A DNA stretch of 64,000 nucleotides from Octopus vulgaris (taxonomy: Eukaryota): contig OX597825.1 of assembly GCA_951406725.2 (NCBI GenBank), positions 86,862,001-86,926,000 on the forward strand, written 5' to 3'. Below, one piece after another: positions 1-10,505 of the stretch. The position numbers were made by a program, and so were the translations under genes. Positions within the stretch are counted from its first letter, which is position 1; each line of letters starts with the position of its first letter. Under the pieces are notes generated by a model, which saw only the letters and a list, made by a program, of their open reading frames with translations, ran no database searches and was not told where the DNA came from.

Positions 1-485
1 AGTGGTGGTAGCGAGGGCCCTATAATGCATTAAATAATAGGTTTGTTCAGTAAGCGAGGGGTGTATGGTTCGATTCCACTTGTTGGGCATGTCGTTATTT
101 TGTCTCAAATTGCTTAAAACGTAGAAAATCTGTTAATTTGTTTCCAGTATAAAACAATCAATGTTTTGTTATAAACCTTTACGCCTGGCTAATTCTTGTG
201 CGGTTCCCAGACACAACCAAAGCTGTAAGGACTGCAACAGAGGGAAGGACTAACATTCTATGACTCCTTCACAAAGCAGTTTGGGGACCTGCCTAATAAA
301 CCCTTCGTTCATTTTTCTCTCACTACGGGGAACAGAGAACTGGAGCAAGGTATTGTTATGTTGTAATTTAGTGTCCAGCATCATCATCATCGCCATCACC
401 ACCACAAACATCACTATCACTGTCATCATCGCCATCGTCATCATCATCGTTATCATCATCACCACCACCACCATTACCACTACCA

Positions 486-839
486 CCAGACTTGACTAGC
501 ACGGATTTTTTCTTGTGGGGATACCTGAAAGAGAGGGTTTACGTCAACAAACCGGAGAACCTAGTGCAACTGAAAGAGAACATCAATAGAAAAATCAGAG
601 AAGTGGGGTCTGAAACTCTTGAGGGTGTTATAGTGAAAGGTTTGGAAAGCGCACAGGCGTGCGTAGCCGAAAATGACTGCCATTTAAGCGATGTCATCTT
701 TCATATGTGATGTGGGGGTGTTGTAAATATTGAATTGTGCATTTTAATTTCCATTATGTCCTTTATATTGTATCAAAATTACATTGCATTTATTTGTAAA
801 GTTAAACTTAAACTCACCAGTGACTTTTGGAAAACCCTG

Positions 840-841
<2 letters not shown>
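486..841 (+). pseudogene. Tc1/mariner-superfamily transposase C-terminal remnant with probable right terminal inverted repeat
   Basis: Translation from 486 reads PDLTSTDFFLWGYLKERVYVNKP...LKENI, matching the SPDLxPxDFFLWGYLK motif around the third catalytic Asp. The element ends ...ttttggaaaaccctgTA (reverse: TAcagggttttccaaaa), a mariner-type end at a TA site. Confidence 0.85.
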
Positions 842-880
<39 letters not shown>

Positions 881-888
881 ATATATAT

Positions 889-1908
889 GTCCGTTCCATG
901 CCGTTTTTACTTTTTCGTTTCTCGTTGAGTTCTACGTCTATTTGTGGTGTCCTGTACACACGTATATATATTTATATATTCATGTATATATACATGTAGA
1001 TGTAGGTACGTACATATATGTTTGTATGTATGCATATATTTTATTTATTACACTATTGTATGACTGAGCGCCCTCGCGTCGATTCGATTCGATTCGTTTG
1101 GTTTGGTTTCGTTTCTTCTTCTCTAAGCTGTTTTTTTTATATATAATTATGACGCGAAACTCTATAACTCCTTCTTCTCTCTTTCTTTCACCCTCTTTGG
1201 CTTCCTTCCTCTCTATCTCTCTCTCTCTCACTCCTCCTCATCTCTCTCACAGTCGGGTCAACGAACTTCCTTTCCTTGGCAGCCTTCTTCGAGTAAACAT
1301 GTTTCTTCTTGCGCTCGTGAAAAAAAAATTTCCTCGTCTAGGCTTATAGGCCCTCATTATTTGTTTTCCTGTCCTGTTTCTACCCCTTCTTGTACTGTAT
1401 TTTTTGTAATTGTCTTTTTATTTTGTATTTGTTTTTAATTGTATTGTTTTTACGTCCTGTTTTTGTCACATTTTTTCCTTGTTTTTACCCCTCTGCAAAG
1501 GAATTTTATTTAATTCTTTCGCAGGAAGAACTAGTTCGGGGAGACGTGTTCTGTCCTCACCTTCGAAACACGCTGGAGTTGAACTAGTGACAGCTGATGA
1601 AGGAGATTTTTCCTTGTGTAGTTGTCTTGTACTCTGTTTTTTCGTTGTTAAAAAAATGGTCCGTTCCATGCCGTTTTTACTTTTTCGTTTCTCGTTGAGT
1701 TCTACGTCTATTTGTGTTGTCCTGTACACACGTATATTTATTTATATATTCATGTATATATACATGTAGATGTAGGTACGTACATATATGTTTGTATGTA
1801 TGCATATATTTTATTTATTGCACTATTGTATGACTGAGCGCCCTCGCGTCGATTCAATTCGATTCGTTTGGTTTGGTTTGGTTTCTTCTTCTTCTCTAGG
1901 CTGGTTTT
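889..1908 (+). mobile_element. Non-coding PLE pseudo-LTR / retrozyme-like element: 770-bp monomer plus a ~250-bp head-to-tail partial second copy
   Basis: 889-~1138 is repeated almost identically at 1659-~1908 (offset 770). U-rich sense strand, one hammerhead motif per monomer, and (TA)n on both sides. Confidence 0.75.
1530..1605 (+). ncRNA. Hammerhead ribozyme motif with non-circularly permuted strand order
   Basis: cgtg-UU (1545-1550), stem I' ctgtc (1551-1555), stem II' cttc (1561-1564), GAAA (1565-1568), stem III cacg (1569-1572), stem I gacag (1589-1593), CUGAUGA (1594-1600), extra A, stem II ggag (1602-1605). Stem III is extended by actagttcgg/ttgaactagt. Confidence 0.75.
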
Positions 1909-1924
1909 ATATATATATATGGAC

Positions 1925-2432
1925 AATCACCAAAGATCCCTGGCCTAGCAGTGCTATCGAAAAACATTACCTGTTCGCGATAAGCTCTACAGGCACGGTT
2001 CGAGACACACCGGACCGACATGCCCGAGATGCGGTCAGAGCAACGAAATCGTCCTGCTCGCACTCGTGCTGTGTCCCACCATTTCGGACCTGTGGGCTTA
2101 TGCAGAACGGCTGCTGTCACATGTGGGACAAGTCCGCCTGTCGGCCAAGTCTATCGTGGAAGTTGCTCCCCCAACCGGGAAGGCAAGGCAGTCTTCATCG
2201 CACTGGTGGCCATGGTGAAAGAATGTGTGCGGTGGACACGAGCGAAAGGATTAGAGACAAACACCTACCTCTCTGGCCAATCACTCGTCAACTTTTTCAA
2301 GTACCACTTTATAAGGAAGATAAGAATGGAGAGGTAGGTTTTGTCTCGTGAAAGTTCAAACAAAGGTGGGTGAATGTAGCAAAGATGGTGCGTACGAGTG
2401 ACGATACCACTTTGAGCATGATCCTGTAAGTC
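1925..2432 (+). pseudogene. 3' end of L1/Tx1-clade LINE ORF2 (zinc-knuckle region)
   Basis: Frame from ~1967 reads LPVRDKLYRHGSRHTGPTCPRCGQSNEIVLLALVLCPTISDLWAY, a C-x2-C...E...C zf-RVT-type motif. After a frameshift it continues EGKAVFIALVAMVKECVRWTR. It terminates at (GA)n. Confidence 0.8.
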
Positions 2433-2495
<63 letters not shown>

Positions 2496-3504
2496 ACTTT
2501 GCTCTCATGTGTTTATTCCATCCTTGCCTGAGGTTACTGAGGACAAATATCAGTCAAATGTAAATAATGTACATTATTCCATTTGTTATCTGTTCAAAGG
2601 AAGTACTACTTTTTTTGAAATCGTCTCCTAAGAAGATGATCGGTTGGAACTCTTTGTTTGTCTTTACGCAATGTATTTTCCAGTTAATGAAACTGCCTTG
2701 TGACACACGCGATATCATCTCGTCGAACAATATTGTCTTTATTTACAACTTGCATTGACATCCTTGAGTAATTGCACCAACCGGTGATACATTTTACATT
2801 ATTTGATCTCAGAAATTTCCTCAAATGAAGAAAGAAGCACCAATTTATGTTGACATTTTTCATTTCGAGCGTCTCGTGAAATTTATGGCCTGTTTGGAAG
2901 TTTTTGTTGATTGGCAAGAAGAAATTTTTTACATCCGAAGTTTTTGACATTCTTTCTGGTTAGAGTCGAATAGACAAGAAAATATAATCTGATGCAACTT
3001 GTTATTTATCGCGAATGTCAAATTCCGTATGGCAAGACACTTCCTCTCTTCAAGCTGCGCATCTGCATTAAAAAGCCGTAGAGTTTCATTAAGTTATTCA
3101 ATAAGAACAATGTCAAAATGAATTAAAGCTGCTTACTTAATATGACATAAGTCAGCAGAGGAAAAAACGAGTTAAAACTGGCCATCATATCTTGAACAAT
3201 GGATCATTGTTTAAAGAAAATATCAATTTCCTCGGTACTTTTTATGTGTTTGAAATTATTTTACCACACCCACACACTAACACAAACTCACGTGCGAGCG
3301 CGCGTGTTTCTTATATAAAGCTGTATAATAAACAGTCGAGCTTTAAATTGAAATAGTTTCACTCAATAATTTCCAATAATGTACCACTTTTATTTTTACA
3401 AGGAAAAGATTGCAAGCGACTTCCAAGTTTCGGCTTATTTGCCGTTCTCATGATATATGTATATGCATCACACACACGCACACACACATGTATATATATA
3501 TGTG

Positions 3505-3551
<47 letters not shown>

Positions 3552-3612
3552 ATATATATATACATACATCGACCCTGAATTTGTTTTATAAAATAATTTA
3601 TAAAAAACATTT

Positions 3613-3648
3613 CAGTACCGGTTTCAGTCATTGAGACTTTTTCAACTG
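3613..3648 (-). ncRNA. Minimal type I hammerhead motif, U3-A8 core variant
   Basis: Minus strand reads cag-UUGAAAA-agtc-tcaat-gact-GAAA-ccgg-UA-ctg. Stems I and II are perfect and stem III is palindromic. Confidence 0.7.
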
Positions 3649-3796
3649 TAAGTATGAAAAGCAATTAAATTTTGGAAAAATTAAATGAAAAGATTTAAAA
3701 AAAAATATTTGCATAGTATTCAAATAAAAGGGGTATTTTCCTTGTTTCTGCCTGTCTCTGTCTCTCTTATTTACTCTTGTGGGTTCGAGATCGTTG

Positions 3797-3827
<31 letters not shown>

Positions 3828-3839
3828 TAATATATAATG

Positions 3840-4200
3840 AGCGTCAAATATCAAGATATTTGCCAAGAATATTTGTTGACAAAGAATTCACAATCATAAG
3901 GAGGAGACATGGAATAGATTGGCAGAATATAGACGATGCGCTTTCTCAAATGTTGGTTTTACATATGTGTGTAGGACAAACAGAATCTCTGATTATTTTC
4001 GATGAAAGACGCTCCAGTTACAGAGAACAGAATCTTCTGTGTGTCGCGTCGCCAAAATAACATCCATTACCATTCTTTTAACATGACCGAATTTGTTGAC
4101 AATGAATAAATCCAAGGAGATAAGAGGTAAACTGAAGGCTTAAGAAAACATTATTCTTTTTATAACAAAGATGTTCCACGTGCATTGGACTATTGAATTC
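3840..4200 (+). pseudogene. Possible highly decayed piggyBac-like transposase fragment
   Basis: Weak resemblances only: SLIIFDERRSSY and YNKDVPRALD (cf. YNxxMGGVDxxD). Many stops. Confidence 0.25.
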
Positions 4201-5656
4201 TCAGATATCACACACGGCTCTTGTACCTACTGCCAGACAGTTGTTTAACGATAAAAGCAAAAAACAAAACAAAAAAAAACAAAACAATACAAAATGCTGC
4301 TGGCAAATATAATGAAAGGAATTTGAGAAATAGATAAAGAAGACAGAATTATAGAGTTTTAAGAAATTCCATTTCAGCTTGATGATCATTTATTTTGCAA
4401 ATTAATAAGCAAGAATAATAAAATTAAAAGTAAAATTGATATAAAAAAATATAAAGAATGCTGAACAAATATCTCAAATTAACCATTTTAATGGGTAGCA
4501 GCACTAAATAGGGTTCGTTTAAAGGTCATCGCTATTAGTGAATATAGAAGATTCTTATATATCGCTTTCGGTTACAATTATACATATTTGTTACTAACAA
4601 TTGCTTGTCTCAACAGACTTTTGATCAATGGTTTCTTGCTGCTAGTCGTTCGTATTACAGTCAGCTAAAGAAAAATATCCGGTTGCCGAGGTAGAAGCCA
4701 AAGCTAAGTTAGCAACACAGGATACAATAGGCTAAAATATATGGAATGTCTTTGTTATGTTCACATGAAACTCGAGTCGTCGAAAGAAACACAGAATCTC
4801 TCGTTACGCTATATTGTTCCGGAAAATACTAAGAAACAAAAACAGAGAAAAAATATGGTTTCGTGAAGTAATGAAATAGTTGGATCGAAGTTCAAATGTA
4901 TGGAATTTTTTTGATTCTTTTTCTTCTTTTCCAGCTTTACAGACATCTTTTGTTGTTATATATTTTATGATTTGATGTTTTATGTTATTTAAAAATTCTT
5001 TTTCGTCATAAAACCTGCCTTCATTCCTCGCTTCGGTTCCGACATAGCATAACGACTATGGCATTATTTTAGTCGGTTACTATTGTTGCTTTGAGAAGTT
5101 GCTAACCAAATTATTTAGATTTGTTAGGTTCTTTCGGAACCTACTGGAATCTACTGGAAAATAGAAATTCCGTGGTGGGGCTGATATGTTAATGCTGTAT
5201 GTGTGCTCCAGTATGGTCATAAAGTGAGTTCCAGATAGATACAATTTCTATGGAAGAAAAGGATTTGTGTATTATTTAGAAGTGGCCGAAGAAGGTGTAG
5301 AGAGTAAAACACTTCTAAACTACAAAATTAAAACATCAAATTAGTAGGAAATAATTAAAAACCTTGAAATTAAAAATTTTATTTCACAATCTGAACATGA
5401 ATAAGGTTGCGTCGGTACAACTGGCAGAAAGAAAATTGGGATTCATTAATTCCCCCTCCCTTCAGTTATTCTTTGGTTCTCTTCCTCAGTTTCTCTCTTT
5501 CTTGTTTCTTTTCCTGCTAAAGAGTGTAACCGAAAGAATTTATAGCGTTAATCTCAGAGAGAGAGAGAGAGAGAAAGAGAGAGGGAGAGAAGGAAAGAGA
5601 GAGAGAGAGAGAGAAAGAAGGGAGAGAGAGGCAGAGTTAAATATATATACTAACAA

Positions 5657-5699
<43 letters not shown>

Positions 5700-8600
5700 A
5701 GGAGAAGAAAGATAGCGAGAGGGAGTGGAAGACAGAAGAAGAAGAAAGATCGAATGACTTTATGTGGTCGCTCTGCCTTCTAGAAATAACAGCTAAACCT
5801 TCAATTTACATTTCACTATCTTGAAAAAAAAAAGACGTTGGATAATGTGATCGCGGACTCCCAAAACGTAAGCCAAAAAACGGCGTTTCGTTGAGCATAG
5901 ATCTGCCTGGTGAAGAACGATACGAATTAAATAACAACAACAACACCAGAAGCAGCAGCAGCAGCAGCAGCAGCAATAGGATAAGACCCAAATAAGTAAA
6001 TATTTCTCTGATAATTTTGATATTGATCTTTCTTCCTCTAATTTAAAGTTAAATTTTGGCATAGAATGGTGTCAACGGAGCAGACTTTAAGACATCACCA
6101 ATACTTTGACTGTTTCAAAGATGTCTTGGTTACAACGTCACTAATTATACCGGTGAAAGGAAATGGGTAATTACCCTGTCTGATAATTGCCATGTCATTC
6201 AAAGGAACCAATGACACAACCATATTATGGTTTTTAAATTGAGTTATAGCACCAGGTTTGTATTACTGGCAAATGGCCTTTGATCTGTACGTCTTTACTC
6301 GAAATGAAAGTTATTTAAGTTTAAGATAACACATTTATTCGAGCGAAAAGCAAGATTATTTGAGTTTCATACCTTCCTGTAGGCCGTTGTGGGTGCATGC
6401 ATGGAATGAAATTTTTGCAAAGGGAATCGATTTCGAAACTAGGACGCAGTTTCAGTATTCTACATGTTTATCTATAATCAACGAGAAATGATTTTCATGG
6501 ATATGGCTATTGCGTAGTTGAGAGCCGATTACTGAGGCAGCAAGATGGCTGAGAACAATGGGAATGATCCAGAAACTATTAGGTCTGCCTTCATTTCAGA
6601 ATCTACACACTTAACTAAAAAAGGCCAACTGCTTTTTGATATGAATATAGAATAACAAGAAATTTCGTATGCATGTACCAGCACCATTATATACGTTTGT
6701 ATCTAGTGGCACTATAGCAAAACTACGTATTCAAGTAGCAAAACGACTGTAAAATTATAACTGTAAATAGTAGCTTCACAGCGACATTACGTCTGGATGT
6801 AGCGGTAACATTGCGAAAATTACGTCTTCAAACAGGAATATCAATGCAAGATTAAGTATTACTGCCATAGTGAAAATTAGATCGGTACGTAGAAGAACGA
6901 CAATAAAATTGCGTCTCTAAGCATCGGCATCAATTCTATCTGCAGAAATGGCATCACTACAAAGTTACGTCTTGTATTATTGACATCAGAAGAAAGGTAG
7001 GTCTGCATGGTTGCGAAAATTACATTTATATTTAATGGCTCTAAAGCAAAATTTCGTCCGTTAATGGCGGTTCAATTGAAAAGCTTCGTCTGTAATTAGT
7101 AAGGTAACAATAAAAGTACGTCAATTAGTAGAAACAACATGGAGAAAATAACGTTTGTAAGAAGCGAAACCGGAACAATATTACGTCTGAAAGTAGCGGT
7201 AAAATTTCGTCTGTTGGTGGCGGTAAAACTATAAAATTTACACCTGTAAACTGTGGCTTCGCTCTAAAATTCGTGTTTAAGTAACGGCAAAATTACAAAC
7301 ACGTATAGCGCCGTCATTCTAAAAGTTACGTTAGTTGTTAGGTTTGTATGAAGTGACATCATTGTGAAATGAACGACTGACAGAAGTAGGAACGCTGCAA
7401 ATTTACGCCTTTAAGTAGTGACATCTTAACAAAGAAGAAATCATGCCTGTGAATAGCAATACCATTGATGTAATTTTGGGGTTGATGCGGTTACTTACAG
7501 ACGTTTCTAGTAAGTATTTCATAATTGCAAAAATTACGTCTTTTAATGCCGTTATTGCAAATATTGTAGAGGCATCATTGAAAGAATTCCGTCCGTAAGT
7601 TACGGAATTACTGCAAAATGACCGCCGCAAGTAGCAACATATTTACAGAAATGACATCCATTTTTAATGGTACCATTTTAAATTTACGTCTGAAAATAGT
7701 GGTATCATTACAAAATTTCGACCGTAATTAGAGTTAACACGGGAAAAGTACGTCTGTAAGTAGAAACCTCATTGAAAAGTAGCTTCTGCCAGAAGAAGAC
7801 CCACATCAAAATTTAAATTATGTCCGAATTAGTGGCACCACAATCTAAAAGTATTTCTGAAAGCAGAAGCGTTCTTGTATATAGTGAGTGTGTAGTGGCA
7901 AGATACACCTGTAAATGGCGGCGACCGTGGAAAATGACGTCTATAACTAAACTCTGTCTTTAAGTAAGATATCAAAAGTCTCCTGTCGAATTACGTGAAC
8001 CATTGCAATATTACGTCAACGAGTCGCGGCATTGTTTGCAGAAATTATGTCTCTGAGCATCGGAACCACTGCAAATTTACTCCTGCAAAGAGCGACATTA
8101 TTTTGAAACTAAATCTGTGATTAGCGGAAATACTCCCCAATTAGGTCTGTAAGCGCTGTCACAGAGCAATATTAAGTCTAAAATAGCGAAATGCAGTGGC
8201 ACCGCTGCTTACGTCTGCAAAATTAGAGGAACCAGAGACAATTTACGTCTGCAAGCAGTGTGATTACGTCTGCTAGTTATCGGTGCCGTTGCCAAATATA
8301 TATTATTAAGTCATGCATCCCCCCCCCACCTCGAAACATTGCAGCTTTAAGTGGCAGCAACATTTGCAAATATCTGAAAGAAGCGGTGTTATAACAACAT
8401 TTATGTTTGTAAGCTGTGGAACACGATGAAAAGTGCATCTTGAAGTAATGGAACCGTAGGAAAATCGTATCTCTAAGTAGGGTCCTCACACAACTAAAGA
8501 AGGTCAAGAATTAAAGGAACAACATCAAAATTGCGCTGAAAGTAGAGGAACGCAGGGAAATCAGTGCAAAATTGTCTCTGCACCATCGAAACAACCACTG

Positions 8601-9114
8601 CAAAATTATGTTTGTATTTGAGACATCACTTCTAAAATGATGTCTCTAACTAGCGGAGCCAGTGCAAATGCAAGTCTGGAAGTACCAGGCTCACAGCATC
8701 AGCACCATTGCAAAATTACGCGCATAAGTAATAAGGTTACATTAAAATTATGTCACTAATTAGCTCCACCAGGTTAAAATGACACTTTTAACTCGCGGAG
8801 TTAAATTTATCGGCATCGGCAGTCGAATAGAATAATGTCTGTAAACGGTGGCAGCATTGCAAAATTACGCTTGTAGTAGGTTCGCCATTGCAACGTTACG
8901 TAAGCAGCGTCATCATAGAAGATAGAAGTGTGCCTGAGCAGAGGCCATTGCAAAATGACGTCTCTAAGTAGCAGCGTCGATTACGTTTGATGTTTGCAGC
9001 ATCGTTGTAAAATTCTTCCTCTATGGAATAGGTTAATGGCCAAAATTACGTCTGTAAGTAGTGACAGCACAGCAAGGTTAAGTCTACTTGTGGTTCCATT
9101 ATTTATATTAGAAA

Positions 9115-9395
9115 TATTAGTGATTAAGGTGTTGCACTGACGATCGCTAGACCGTGGTTTCAATTCCCAGACCGAGCGACGTGTTGTGCTCTTCAACAAA
9201 ACATTTTATTTTGCGTTGCTCCTGTCCACTCAGCTGTAATGGACTAACCTTCCGACAGGGGAGTGGGGTGTTGTCCTGCTCGCTTAGCCAGCGGAGTGGC
9301 ATCATTCGAAAGCTAAAACGAGGCAAAGTACATTGTGAACAATGACGTATAAAAATATCGGATATTCTGGTCGATCTCGTGATCACGTGATTACG
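9115..9395 (+). mobile_element. tRNA-derived SINE (same family as 25632-25939)
   Basis: Decayed A box (tagtgattaagg) and B box (ggtttcaattccc). The tail cctgctcgcttagccagcggagtggcatcattcgaaagctaaaac is shared with ~25825-25870. Confidence 0.8.
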
Positions 9396-9609
9396 TCTAT
9401 GGTTTTGCATCTCGGAAAAAGTACCTGTGTAATAAGTGACCTCATAGCAAAATATCATCCTTAAGCAGTGGAACCACTGCAAAATTACTTCTGCTTACAG
9501 TGGGACCACAGCCAGATGACATTTGCAAATTGCAGCATCATTGCAAATAGCGGAACTATTATACCCTAAAAATAACGGTTTCCCTACAAAAATTATATTT
9601 GTAAATGGT

Positions 9610-9760
9610 AGCACCATATCAATATTGTTTTCTACTCTAGGCACAAGGCTCGAAAGCACTTCATCTATATTCTTTTCTACTCTAGGCATAAGGGTCGAGC
9701 ACTTCATCTATATTCTTTTCTACTCTAGGCATAAGGGTCGAAAGCACCACATCAATATTA
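9610..9760 (-). repeat. Triplicated ~44-bp unit made of a SINE 3' tail (minus strand) plus local target sequence
   Basis: ttcttttctactctaggca(c/t)aagg.tcg occurs three times (tctactctag at 9631, 9676, 9719). It is the reverse complement of the SINE end gggccttgtgcctagagtagaaaagaa at ~10481-10507. Confidence 0.85.
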
Positions 9761-10108
9761 TGTCTGTGATGTTTTAGGAAACTTGCATCACGTGAGCACT
9801 GCATCATTGGAAAACTTCCTGTGTTAGTAGCAACACCGCAGCAAAGTTAGCTTCATACGCATTGGAACCATTGCGAAATCTACGTCCGTATCTAGTGTCA
9901 ATGTAGCAGTTTTAACTCTGTAATTAGCGGTAAATGTTACGTCTCTAAGGACCACTGAAAAACTAGGGCTGTATGTAAAGCGCAACAACAAAATGGCTTG
10001 TTCAATTATGAGTTTCATTTTAGGAATTATTTCTGGAAGTAGAATACGAAATGATTTGCAATGAGTGACGTCATTGCAGACATTACGTTTGTAATTATTG
10101 AATCTATG

Positions 10109-10505
10109 AAGGCTGCGAGCTGGCAGAATCGTCAGCACGCCGGGCGAAATGCTTGGCAGTATTGCGTCTGCCGTTACGTTCTGAGTTCAAATACCGCCGA
10201 GTTCGACTTTGCCTTTCATCCTTTCGGGGTCGATCAGATAAGTACCAGTTACGCACTGGGGTCGATATAATCGACTTAATCCGTTTGTCTGTCCTTGTTT
10301 CTCCTCTCTGTGTTTAGCCTCTTGTGGGTAGTAAAGAAATAGGTATTTCGTCTGACTTTACGTTCTAAGTTCAAACTCCGTCGAGGTCGACTTTGCCTTT
10401 CATTCTTTCGGGGTCGATAAATTAAGTACCAGATGCGTACTGGGTCGATATAATCGACTGGCCCCCTCCCCCAAAATTTCGGGCCTTGTGCCTAGAGTAG
10501 AAAAG
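10109..10505 (+). mobile_element. Dimeric tRNA-derived SINE with 16-bp target-site duplication
   Basis: Head gagctggcagaatcgtcagcacgccgggcgaaatg, B box gagttcaaat, and central gcctttcatcctttcggggtcgat...aagtaccag present twice. TSD aattattgaatctatg at 10093-10108 and 10506-10521. Confidence 0.9.

Noticed and set aside
1285-1315. Minus-strand GAAA-catg-UU suggesting an antisense hammerhead in the 770-bp monomer
   Set aside because: No matching CUGANGA strand or stem I partner could be found.
2490-3230. Possible hAT-like transposase debris on the minus strand
   Set aside because: Coding-like texture only. No diagnostic motif could be read with confidence.
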